From: an uncultured Nitrososphaeraceae archaeon
Lineage (GTDB): Archaea; Thermoproteota; Nitrososphaeria; Nitrososphaerales; Nitrososphaeraceae
Length of the DNA: 64,000 nt
Direction of reading: 5' to 3'
Assembly: GCA_963765895.1 (NCBI GenBank)
Contig: CAVXZB010000019.1
Span: 128,001-192,000, forward strand
The notes below the pieces were generated by a model. It was given only the letters and a program-made list of their open reading frames with translations. It had not been told where the DNA came from and did no database searches. Below, piece by piece: positions 23,887 to 33,919 of this stretch. Every line of letters starts with the position of its first letter. Position 1 is the stretch's first letter. The position numbers and the translations under genes are program-made.

Positions 23887-24126
23887 TTAACGTCCTATAT
23901 CAATTTCTGAATGCTTCTTTAATATGTCTTCGATCTCTAATGGATTTTTATAGATTTCTTCTATTACCACAGGATCCTGAACCTCGTAGCAGTGAAGCAG
24001 CTCCTCATGATCTTTAAAAAAGAGGAATACTCTTCCTTCGAATAGACAATGATATAACTCGTCAGGCTTCATTTTTTCGGTTTGTAATTTTATGCCATCT
24101 GGTTGTATTGTAACTGGAGAATCCAA
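23887..24126 (-). CDS. Small hypothetical protein
   Basis: Clean 79-aa ORF with protein-like composition, divergent from the prenyltransferase operon. Confidence 0.65.
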   Translation of the reverse strand: MDSPVTIQPDGIKLQTEKMKPDELYHCLFEGRVFLFFKDHEELLHCYEVQDPVVIEEIYKNPLEIEDILKKHSEIDIGR

Positions 24127-24244
24127 AGTGTTTACTTTTCGTGGTATTGATAAAAAAATCTAACTATGGTCTACACAACGCGGTCTGTCTAAAAAAGACA
24201 AAAAAAATGCAAGATAAATGTCGGAAGAATTATAATCGTTTTTA

Positions 24245-25177
24245 GTGACATGGCGTGCTAATCCTGTGGCCCTAAAAGACTATCTGCTTATGGTTAGGTT
24301 GCCGAATTTGTTTACGATCCCGTCTAATATTATTGTTGGGTACATCACACTTCTCAGCCCGCCTAATGTTGGACTCTCCTCGTCATTGCCTTTAATTATT
24401 ATTTCTTCTTGTTTGATTTATGCTGCGGGAATCATCTTCAATGATTATTTTGATATAGAAACTGATATGCGTGAAGGTCGTTTAAGACCGTTATCATCAG
24501 GATCAGTTAGGAAGAGGGCTGCGGTTTTGTTGGCTTTTATTTTCCTAGCCTTAGCACTGGTTATTTCTGCATTTGTAGGTGTTTTGAGCTTTGTGGTTTC
24601 GTCCACAATCATAATCATCGCATTGCTTTACGACTACAAGTTAAAGCGAACTAAGATTGCAGCCGTTGCCATGGGCTCGGCTCGCGCTGCCAATATAATT
24701 TATGGGGCATCTCCAATCCTACTGAGCGGTCTATTTGAATCTGAGAATATACAGAAGCTTATGCTAGAAAGCGCCTGTGTGTTCATGTACGTAGCAGCCA
24801 TAATAATGGTAAGCGAGAGAGAAGCCAGTACAATAAAAATAAATCGAAAATGGCTCCTTCGACCTTTCCTGCTAATATCCCTTGTCGTGCTTGTTATGTT
24901 CGTATCGGCAGTTTTAGGTGTGTTTAGAACGGACTTGTTAGTCAATTTGGCATTTTTAATTTCTATCGTCTGTTTTTTTACTTACAGATGGATATTCAGG
25001 TTCAAGTCCGAAATCGGAAGTGAAGAAATTCAGAATTTAGTCAAGATTCTCGTTCTATGCATGGTGATACTTGATTCAGCCTTTGCTAGCGGAATATTTG
25101 GAATATTGTTAGGAGTCGCAGTTGCATCCTTCATAATACCGGGACTCGTTCTGTCAAGATTGCTCTATGTTACCTAA
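24245..25177 (+). CDS. UbiA-family prenyltransferase (EboC-like)
   Basis: RLPNLFT, YAAGIIFNDYFDIETD..RPLSSG, YDYKLK, MGSARAAN and multiple TM helices. Confidence 0.88.
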   Translation: MTWRANPVALKDYLLMVRLPNLFTIPSNIIVGYITLLSPPNVGLSSSLPLIIISSCLIYAAGIIFNDYFDIETDMREGRLRPLSSGSVRKRAAVLLAFIFLALALVISAFVGVLSFVVSSTIIIIALLYDYKLKRTKIAAVAMGSARAANIIYGASPILLSGLFESENIQKLMLESACVFMYVAAIIMVSEREASTIKINRKWLLRPFLLISLVVLVMFVSAVLGVFRTDLLVNLAFLISIVCFFTYRWIFRFKSEIGSEEIQNLVKILVLCMVILDSAFASGIFGILLGVAVASFIIPGLVLSRLLYVT

Positions 25178-26584
25178 TGGGAATCATTTTTAAGGCATTT
25201 GTTCTGCTCATTAGGATAATAGCGGGTACCAGTTTGAAACACACAATTGTTATTAACATGGTCGGACTCGAGCACGGACGCATAGAGGCCGGGCTTCCTA
25301 ATCTTTCGAGGATTGCTGGCGCAGGAGAATCCACACAAATCGAGCCTGTTTTTCCTGCTGTAACCTGTACCGTCCAAGCCTCACTTCTGTCAGGTAGACT
25401 ACCCAATGAACACGGAATAGTTGCCAACGGTTTCTATGACAGAGTTAATCATAACGTATGTTTTTGGGAGCAAGCTAGTGGCCTGGTAATGACCGATAGG
25501 GTTTGGGACGTAGTTTCAAAGCAACAAAGGAAAGAGGAGTTGACCTTTAAGAGTGCCTTACTTTTCTGGCAGAACACAATGTATTCCTCAGCAGATATCG
25601 TTGTCACTCCCAGACCGCTTCATATGGCCCAGTCGACGATACCTTGGTGCTATTCCAAACCTGCCGGCTTCTACGATGAGAAGCTAGCACCAGAATTGGG
25701 TGAGTTTAACCTAGCTAATTATTGGGGCCCGTTCGCATCTAGAAAATCGAGTGAGTGGATTGCCAATGCTGCGAAATATATTTTGGAATTCGCAAGACCA
25801 AATCTGATGTTGCTTTATTTGCCCCATCTTGACTATTCTGCACAAAGATTCGGAAAAAGCAGTCCACAAGTACAGGATGATTTGAAATATGCAGACGAAT
25901 TGATAGGTGAAGTAGTTGAGAAAACAATGAAATTAGGCCTTTTAGATCAGACTCAATTTATTATCATTTCGGAATACGGCTTCAGTGACGTGAGTCTCTT
26001 CTGTAAGTATCAATCTAAAGCTTCGAGACGCTGGGCTCTTAGTAACTAGAACAATAAAGGGAAAGGAATACTTGGACTACGAATATAGCCAAGCTTTTGC
26101 AATGGTTGACCATCAAATAGCCCATATATATGCCAAAAATGATGCCATTGAAGCAACCAAAAAAGTTCTTGAGAATGTGGCTGGTATTTCAGATGTTTTA
26201 TCTTCAAATCAGGAGAAGAAAAAATTGAAAATAGATCACGAAAGATCCGGCGAGCTGATTGCCATTTCTAACAAGGATAGCTGGTTTAACTATTACTGGT
26301 GGTATGACGATACTGCAGCCCCAAGTTTTGCAAGCACTGTAGACATTCATAGAAAACCTGGTTATGACCCAGTTGAACTTTTTTTGGACCCTACAACGAA
26401 ATCTGTGCCACTGGATACTTCTCTAGTGAAGTCATCGCATGGTAGGCCACCAAATGTTAACTCTTATGAAGGACTTGCTGCATATGTATCGAATCGCAAA
26501 GGGTTTGTGAGCCAGCACATTAAGAATAATTTTATGCCAAATTCAAGCGACATAGGAAAATATCTCATAAGCTTGGTAACTTGA
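25177..26584 (+). CDS. Alkaline phosphatase/nucleotide pyrophosphatase family protein (EboF-like), +1 frameshift at ~25995
   Basis: FPAVTCTVQAS, HGIVANG, YLPHLDY, SEYG, AMVDHQIAHIY, DIHRKPGYDPVELF and SHG. Confidence 0.88.
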
Positions 26585-26618
26585 GTCATAAAATTATCTT
26601 TTAGTCGATTGATTAGCG

Positions 26619-27477
26619 TTGAAATACTCAATCACGTTATCGTCATTTAGCCAATTAGACGAAGTGTTAGAAGAATCCCTTCGCAGGCTGGTAGCGCAGG
26701 GGTACGATGCCATCGAGGTGTTGGGCGTTCCGCGAAAATCCTATATAGAAAAAGTCAAGGCTACTTTGGATACCTTTGACCTAGCAGTCTCGGGGATTTC
26801 TGGAATGTGGGGAACTATGGGAGAGATAGAAGGATCTCGTCTACGAACTAATCTTATCAGGTACTAATCCTTCTTTCGCAAAGAGTAGTTTAGAATATGC
26901 CAAACATTGCCTGGAAATGTGTCGCTTGGTAGATGGTAAACAAGTAAATGTTTGCCTGACCTCCGACTATCAAAGTATATCAACATATCAATTGACACAT
27001 GGATTTAAACTTGATTCGGAAAAACGACATATCGTAGAAAGCAGGGTTATACCGATGCTAACTGAGCTGACTAGAATAGCCAAAGATAATGACGTGAAAC
27101 TTTTATTGGAACCACTCAACAGGTACTGTAGTCGATTCTGTAATACTGCTAAGGAAGCAGTAGAGATTGCCAAACGGGTAAACGACGATAGCTTTGGGGT
27201 CTTGTTGGACACATATCACATGAATATTGAGGAGAGTTCAATCGAGGCTGCGATACAAAATTCAGGTGAATGGTTGCGACATACTCATTTTGCAGATAAC
27301 AATAGAAAAATGCCAGGGTATGGGCATATTGAATTCGATTCGATCATCAAATCTCTCAAGAAGGTTGGACATGATGAATATATCTGCTTTGAACCAAATT
27401 TGTCATTGGCTGACTTCAAAGATGCGACAAAGCTAGGGTTAGACTTTATCAAAAGGATCGAATATACATATTCTTAA
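26619..27477 (+). CDS. Sugar phosphate isomerase/epimerase TIM barrel, +1 frameshift at ~26860
   Basis: GYDAIE, LEPLNRY, LDTYHMNIEE, HFADNNRKMPGYGH and CFE. Confidence 0.88.
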
Positions 27478-27613
27478 TTGTGGGTGCAGAATTAATTAAA
27501 AAAATTATCATTTGGTTGCTTGTGGATTAGATTGCTTTGGTTCGATCTGACAGTCACTTCTAGTACTCTAGTACAATCCGAAATTTTTGCTATGATTTGG
27601 CTACAAATTATAA

Positions 27614-27850
27614 TCAGATAGTAGATGACCTATTGGCCCATGTCACAATTGAAAACGTACTCACTGCAGAACCAACTATTCCTGCTATCAATGCTCCGAT
27701 GATTGCCTGATTCAAAAAATTGGGAATTATGCCTGCAAACCATTCTGCTACACCTGGCAAAGATAAGTAACCAATTGACCCTACTCCAAACCCAATCACC
27801 CAAAAAATCAGAAGAGCAATTCTTCTAGACAACCAACAATCCTCCAACAA
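27614..27850 (-). CDS. Small two-TM membrane protein
   Basis: Two hydrophobic segments in a clean ORF. Confidence 0.65.
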   Translation of the reverse strand: MLEDCWLSRRIALLIFWVIGFGVGSIGYLSLPGVAEWFAGIIPNFLNQAIIGALIAGIVGSAVSTFSIVTWANRSSTI

Positions 27851-28415
27851 TCAAACGAACTAGTCTAAGAGGGCTTTCTACAATTATCGGGTCACTACAG
27901 GATGAACGCACAATAAAAATATTATACACGATTTGATAAGGATGTTAGTTAATTTTTCTAAATATACTGTGCACTAAATGTGTTTTCTCTTAGAACATTC
28001 TACTATAACTCAGGTTTAAGAACTAAATTCACGCTCAGATTGGGTAACGTGTGTGCCTACCACATCAACAATATTCAGAGATTTTTTTTAAACTAAGGTA
28101 AATATCTTATGACCATTCCAGATAAATACGATGTAATCCGCATGGTTTTGAACGAAGCATGTTATTAAGAGATTTTTTACGCCTGTTAGGAATACTGTGT
28201 AGACCTCAATATGACAATTCAAAAGACCCTAATGAAAACCAAAAAAATTGCCTTTACATAGTTAATAAAAATCCAAAGACTAAAAGCACAAAAAATGAAT
28301 TAGAGGGTATCCGTCACGAAAATATCGATAAACTGAAGTATTTCGCTTATATGTTGTGCAGGTTTGAAACAGGCTCTAACTGTATGATCAACCCCTGTTT
28401 AGGCTAGGTGTTGTA

Positions 28416-29750
28416 ATGACTTCCCAAGGATATTTCACACAATGTCCAGAATGTCAATCCGGGCTCATTCATGATTGTAGCAAAGGTGAATATATTTGCC
28501 AAAGTTGTGGATGTGTGGTAATGGATCAGGTGGATGATTATGGACCAGAATCAATTTCTACAGACTTTGAAGAGAAGTCAAAAAATACTCGTGCAAGTGG
28601 CTTCACCAGTTACTCGCTTCATGATTTTGGCCTTAGAACAGAAATAGGCCTAGGTTCTAAAGATTATAGCGGCAAATCAATAGACCAGCAAATAGTAGAG
28701 CAAATGAATAGCATGAGGAAGTGGCATTCACGAATTAGGGTAGCTAGTCCAAAAGAAAGAAGATTGTCAAACGTATTGTCCAAGATTAATGAAATATGTT
28801 CCGGGATGTCTCTACCAAAGACCATTACCGAGACTGCAGCAATGATCTACAGAAATTTTGAAAATAAGAATGATGCTAAGGGCAAGTCCATTTTGTGTAT
28901 GGCCGCCGCGACAATATATATGGCATGTAAGAGATGCTCGGTGGTAAGGTCATTAGATGAAATAGTAAAGGCAGGTGGAACATCGGGGTGCGACAATCCA
29001 AGCTGCAAATTGGCGTCCAAATATTACAGAATGATTGTCATGGAGATGGGAATATTCGGTAATCAGCGTCAGGGTATGGATCAAAAGAGATACATCGGTA
29101 ATGGTAGGCCTTTGGAGAGGAGTCAAACGCATTCAGAAAGTGCAAAACTGCCACTTGCAGAACTCTCGCACATTCGGCCGTTCGAAGGATCGCGCCTATC
29201 TGGATTATATGTTAACAAACCTACTGCTAATATTATCGGGACCAGTATATTTGAGCCTCGCATGAATGTGAACGGTGGCCCTGATTCTGAATTAGGAAAC
29301 TTATCGCAAAATGGTCAAATATCTAGTCCTAACGACCTGAGATCAAGCACATCTACGGCTACGCAATCATATGCTATAACTGCACCTGGCCAACGCTACC
29401 AATCTTATACTCAGCAGGATTCTGTTCATTCTGCGGCAAGAGTGGCCATAGACCATTACATCTCCAAGCTTGCAAACAACGCAAAAATTGATACGAAGGT
29501 GGAAAGGCTAGCAATAGATATAGCACATAAAACCAGTAATCATTTTCTAGCTGATGGGAAATCCCCACATGGTCTGGCGGCCGCGTATATTTACATGGCA
29601 GCCACATTGCTAGGCTCTAATCTCTCGCAGGTAGAAATTTCAGAAATAGCGGGCATTACAGAGGTAACAATACGAAATAGATGCAAAGATATCTTATGTA
29701 ACTTCAAAATTGCTATAAAGCTAAAGCCTCAGCAGAAGGAACGTGGCTGA
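28416..29750 (+). CDS. tfb: Transcription initiation factor TFB with large internal insertion
   Basis: CPEC..CQSCG zinc ribbon, HDFGLRTEIG, ERRL, two cyclin repeats (AAATIYMACK; GKSPHGLAAAYIY) and ITEVTIRNR HTH. Confidence 0.93.
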   Translation: MTSQGYFTQCPECQSGLIHDCSKGEYICQSCGCVVMDQVDDYGPESISTDFEEKSKNTRASGFTSYSLHDFGLRTEIGLGSKDYSGKSIDQQIVEQMNSMRKWHSRIRVASPKERRLSNVLSKINEICSGMSLPKTITETAAMIYRNFENKNDAKGKSILCMAAATIYMACKRCSVVRSLDEIVKAGGTSGCDNPSCKLASKYYRMIVMEMGIFGNQRQGMDQKRYIGNGRPLERSQTHSESAKLPLAELSHIRPFEGSRLSGLYVNKPTANIIGTSIFEPRMNVNGGPDSELGNLSQNGQISSPNDLRSSTSTATQSYAITAPGQRYQSYTQQDSVHSAARVAIDHYISKLANNAKIDTKVERLAIDIAHKTSNHFLADGKSPHGLAAAYIYMAATLLGSNLSQVEISEIAGITEVTIRNRCKDILCNFKIAIKLKPQQKERG

Positions 29751-29787
29751 TAGATTTCGACCAAGGATCGCTATATGCATGTCTATC

Positions 29788-30084
29788 TTACTGCAAATTC
29801 CCTTTTGACTGACTGGATTTGCAGGGATGAGATTTATCGCAGATCTGGATTGACATTTCATTTGGTTTGGTATAGTTATTGTTATTGTTATTGTTGCTTT
29901 TACTGTTATTGAAACCATCATGAATATTGTTCGAATTCTTATCAGAGTTCTGGCTCAATGCGTCTTGGCGAGTCGACTCGCCGGTCGCTGCCACCGCATG
30001 ACTAGTATAAAAAATGGAATTAATCATAACTGCGAGCAAAATAGAAACAACCAAGAGATTTTTCGGCTGCTTGGAGCGCTTCAT
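29788..30084 (-). CDS. Small secreted Asn-rich protein
   Basis: Signal peptide ending AVA, poly-N tract and C-terminal CDKSHPC. Confidence 0.65.
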   Translation of the reverse strand: MKRSKQPKNLLVVSILLAVMINSIFYTSHAVAATGESTRQDALSQNSDKNSNNIHDGFNNSKSNNNNNNNYTKPNEMSIQICDKSHPCKSSQSKGNLQ

Positions 30085-30205
30085 TGTCTAATATACCAAA
30101 CTTAGTCCAAAATACTTTACTCATCTTTTTTATTAGATCTTTCACTGGACCTCTATTCTATAGGATAATTTTCCTTTATGGCCACTTTTAAAGATCCTTC
30201 AGATC

Positions 30206-31978
30206 CTAACGTTGCAATGTGCGCTTCTGTTGGCTGTACATGGTAACTAATTCTTCGACTTCTGTAGCGTCTTCAGGCCTTTTGTCATCTCGAATTTTGC
30301 CTGTAAACTTCGGAAATCGTAACGCAAGCCCATACTTTTCTTTTATAGCGTTCATGCCGGCAGTATGAATCGGACTCAACGTGATTTCAGATGCTACGAT
30401 TTCGATCACTATTTTTGGTTCAAACCATACATCCATCTGTATTGCCGCGTCAACTCTTGGATGTTTGCGTTTTAACAAATGTCTACCTAAGCTATTGTAA
30501 AAATCAGTCAAGTGTTGATCTGTGAATCCGGTTCCCACTTTCGAGGCTGTCTTGAATGAGTCGGTTTTGGGATCATACGCTGCCAAAAGGAGCGCACCAT
30601 ATCTTCCTACTCTTCTCCCTCTACCGTACAATGCACCAACTATTACTAAATCCAGCGTATCATTGAGATCGCTTCCGTATTCTCTTTTCAGCTTTATCCA
30701 AGCATAACCTCTCGCTCCTGCCTTGTATATTGAATCTAATTGCTTTACCATTATCCCCTCACATCCAGCTTCTAAGGCCTTTGACATGTAATTTGATAGG
30801 CATTTTGTATCATGCACCACTGTCTGAGGGACCAAAAGGATTCTGTAATCATTTATCGTGTTAATCAGACGCTCAATAATTTTTCTTCGATCCGAATAAG
30901 GTAGGCTGGTTTTAGCCTCGCCGTCATAATACAAGACATCGAATACGTTAAGATAGACTGGATAGTTCTTCATTGCCTCGTCGATCCCATGTTTTCTTCT
31001 TCTGTGCATGAGCACCTGAAACGGTAGGAAATTCGAACCGTCTGAGTCGATGGCTACCACTTCACCCTCGAATATAGCATCACTTAATTTTGATCCTGCA
31101 ATAATAGTAGATATATCCGGAAAATGACTAGTTATTTTTTCTAACCGACGAGAGAACAGTTCAACACGTTCATTTCCCTTATGGACTTGAATTCGCTCGC
31201 CATCAAGTTTGAATTCTGCCGCAGCAGACCCATTGACTTGGTGAAAAACGTCTTCAATTGTAGGCTCTCTCTCAGCAAGCATGGGTCTGACTGGCTTGAA
31301 CAATATTATGCTAATCTTTTTTACTGCATCAAGACCTTCCATTGCCAAAATTCTAGCAACTGTTCCGAGATCACTTGAGACATTATACGCGTTTTCTAAC
31401 AGCGTCCTATTTGTTTTGGTTCCAGTGAACGCTAAGGATAGAGCATCCATAACAGTATTATCCGCTATACCGAGTCGCAGCGAGCCCATTATGAATTTTA
31501 TTATATAACGATTCTCCCTGGGTGAAGCCTCGTTGATTATACTACTAACTAAGCGGATTTTATATTCCTGAGAGCGAGGACCTGACGTTCCGGCTATCTC
31601 ATACAAGACTGAGTAGACCCTCTCAACCGTAATTCTTTGAGGCATTAAGCTTGTCTGGTCTTTATGGCGAGTGACCTCTTTTGCGAGGTTTCCCAAATCG
31701 CCAGTACTCCTATATATATCCAATAATGTACTGATTCCCAAACCAGTGGATTGCGCCAATGATCGCAAAATCATTTTTTCTGCCATGCCAATCTCAATTC
31801 CTTCAAAATCCGGCCGGAGTTTACCTTGGATAAGGTAGACTACCTTTTCTATGAGGTCTGTAGGTGTCATCTTAAGCAGGGAAACCAGGTGATCTGTGAG
31901 ACGCAACCTGCTACTAGTCGTTTCCATTTGTTCAAATGCATCTACTAGCAGAGAAAATTCCATGTGCTTTAAGGTCAA
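30206..31978 (-). CDS. lig: ATP-dependent DNA ligase
   Basis: EFKLDGERIQVH, EGE, EGIMVK, WIKLKREY, DLVIVGA and LRFPKF. Confidence 0.97.
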   Translation of the reverse strand: MTLKHMEFSLLVDAFEQMETTSSRLRLTDHLVSLLKMTPTDLIEKVVYLIQGKLRPDFEGIEIGMAEKMILRSLAQSTGLGISTLLDIYRSTGDLGNLAKEVTRHKDQTSLMPQRITVERVYSVLYEIAGTSGPRSQEYKIRLVSSIINEASPRENRYIIKFIMGSLRLGIADNTVMDALSLAFTGTKTNRTLLENAYNVSSDLGTVARILAMEGLDAVKKISIILFKPVRPMLAEREPTIEDVFHQVNGSAAAEFKLDGERIQVHKGNERVELFSRRLEKITSHFPDISTIIAGSKLSDAIFEGEVVAIDSDGSNFLPFQVLMHRRRKHGIDEAMKNYPVYLNVFDVLYYDGEAKTSLPYSDRRKIIERLINTINDYRILLVPQTVVHDTKCLSNYMSKALEAGCEGIMVKQLDSIYKAGARGYAWIKLKREYGSDLNDTLDLVIVGALYGRGRRVGRYGALLLAAYDPKTDSFKTASKVGTGFTDQHLTDFYNSLGRHLLKRKHPRVDAAIQMDVWFEPKIVIEIVASEITLSPIHTAGMNAIKEKYGLALRFPKFTGKIRDDKRPEDATEVEELVTMYSQQKRTLQR

Positions 31979-32262
31979 GGATTCTGAGGCTTTAAGTTTT
32001 ATTTGGATTTAGGACACCCGAGCAACAACAATAGAATTTTATTATCATCAATGAAATATGTTAGAGGGAAGACGGTGCTTTAGGATTCAGTCCTAATATT
32101 GAATTGTTGAAAAACCTACAAAATTGAGTTATGCAATAGTCAAGACAGCTTCTTTGTTCACAGCTATTCAATTTGGATGATACTAGTCCCCTCAGTTGGC
32201 TGGTGGTAACTGAAATATGTAAATTATAAATTAGCCCTAAGTATTTATCAATCTGTAAATCT

Positions 32263-32604
32263 ATGGGCGGAGCAAAAAAAAGACCAATCAGTTCAACCCA
32301 GAACGATTCAAGCGGGACTCAAGGCGATGCTAACGCAGGGACTGGTAAACCAACTAAAAAGAGTGAATCAAAAAAGGGAAGTGGACAACAACAACAAAAA
32401 CAAAAATTGTCTGTATTAGTTGAGGAGGCCAACGGGAGAAAGGCATTGGATAATATGAAAGCCATAACTGTGCATTCATTCGCTAGGATCGTTGGAGTAA
32501 AGATTTCGGTTGCAAATGCGTATATTAGGTCACTTGAGTCTAAGAATGTCCTCATGTGCGTAGGTGGATATAGCGGTCACAGAGTTTATCAACTCAAAAA
32601 ATAA
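32263..32604 (+). CDS. rps25e: Ribosomal protein S25e
   Basis: MGGAKK start, KAITVHSFAR..GVKISVAN and GGYSGHRVY. Confidence 0.85.
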   Translation: MGGAKKRPISSTQNDSSGTQGDANAGTGKPTKKSESKKGSGQQQQKQKLSVLVEEANGRKALDNMKAITVHSFARIVGVKISVANAYIRSLESKNVLMCVGGYSGHRVYQLKK

Positions 32605-32715
32605 CACTGACATAACACAAATGACTGTTATTGAATTAAGTGGGAGTAACAAGAACTGTAGATCTAAGAATCTTGCAAAATCCTTTTTAGATCTCTACAA
32701 TGAATAACTTCTGCG

Positions 32716-33108
32716 CTAGGTCCTGCTTCTCATAATGATAACATCACCTGGTATGGCGGATCCAATCAATTCTATACCTTCTTTCAGTATGCCAACATGA
32801 CTCATGGCCGATACGGTTGAATCCTTTAAGAAAAAACATAATGCACCATTGGACGTCATAAATCCAACATCGCCCGACTTAAATTTTGTTTTAGGTTTTT
32901 CCGTGCCAATTTCTAAGCCGGTCTGGATATAAATGAAATGGTCCTTAAATCTATGCATTCTATCTTGAATTGGTAAGCCCTTGAGTATTTTGCTAACAGT
33001 CACTGGTGCTAAATGACGAATCATTTCACAATCTACGTTGCCTTTATTTACAAGTTCCACTGTGAGGGGTATTCTAGAGATTGATCTGCTTGAATTCGCT
33101 GAGCTCAT
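32716..33108 (-). CDS. Cyclophilin-like fold protein
   Basis: RHLAPVTV, KFKSGDVGF and GALCFF pattern. Confidence 0.75.
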   Translation of the reverse strand: MSSANSSRSISRIPLTVELVNKGNVDCEMIRHLAPVTVSKILKGLPIQDRMHRFKDHFIYIQTGLEIGTEKPKTKFKSGDVGFMTSNGALCFFLKDSTVSAMSHVGILKEGIELIGSAIPGDVIIMRSRT

Positions 33109-33151
33109 AAAATGAGTTGAGTATTCACATATTTAACAGAAACGTTTAATT

Positions 33152-33814
33152 TTGGGGACATTGTCACATTCGCAACATTTAATTAGATATGAATTATCCT
33201 TTGCTTTATTCTTGGTAGTTAAACAATCTTCGCCCGACAATGTTGCACACAAAAAATCTGCTAATAAGGAGAAATCGACCAAGAAATCCCATGGTAAAAC
33301 TAAATCTACTTCAGCTCAATCTGGAACTACCGAAAGCGCATTAGCGGAACATTCAGAGGACCTGACTAAAAAAAAACAACAGCGCTCAGGACAGAAAGAC
33401 CGTAGCGCGACTAGATCCAAAGGTAAATCCAAAGAGACCGTTTTAGAAGGTAAAATGGAGCAAGAAGATCAGGTAGGTTTTGATGCAGATACAAAGAAAA
33501 GTACTAGACCTGAGAACGAGGTCGTAACTTATACAGAACTTGATTTTGCGCTGAAAGAAATCCCTCCTCAAGATAACAAGGTCTTAATTGGCCCATTGAG
33601 ATTGACAAGGTTTGAAAAGGCAAGAATCACAGGAGCTAGATCCCTACAGTTATCATTGGGAGCACCCAGCCTTATATCTGTCTCTCCTGATATAAGGGAC
33701 TCTATATCGCTTGCTATAGCTGAAATCGATTCTAGGACACTGCCGATATCAATTCGTCGGATCTTGCCAAATGGACTGTATCAGGATATTCCGATTGACT
33801 GGATGAAACTGTGA
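33152..33814 (+). CDS. rpoK: RNA polymerase subunit Rpo6 (RpoK) with long N-terminal extension
   Basis: LTRFEKARITGARSLQLSLGAP and LPISIRRILPNG; start uncertain. Confidence 0.92.
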   Translation: MGTLSHSQHLIRYELSFALFLVVKQSSPDNVAHKKSANKEKSTKKSHGKTKSTSAQSGTTESALAEHSEDLTKKKQQRSGQKDRSATRSKGKSKETVLEGKMEQEDQVGFDADTKKSTRPENEVVTYTELDFALKEIPPQDNKVLIGPLRLTRFEKARITGARSLQLSLGAPSLISVSPDIRDSISLAIAEIDSRTLPISIRRILPNGLYQDIPIDWMKL

Positions 33815-33919
33815 GACGAATAGGGTCTGGACTATTCGACTAAATTACCTAAAATAAGATTAGGTACTCATTAATGAATGCGAATTCAGGATCTCTTGAT
33901 TACATGCAATTTTAGAAAT

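Noticed and set aside
6480-27477. Split genes (slyD, peptidase, coaBC, ino1, GNAT, eboF-like, TIM barrel) as true pseudogenes or programmed frameshifts
   Set aside because: Each has a single indel with otherwise intact motifs, including essential coaBC, and no slippery heptamers; sequencing error is more parsimonious.
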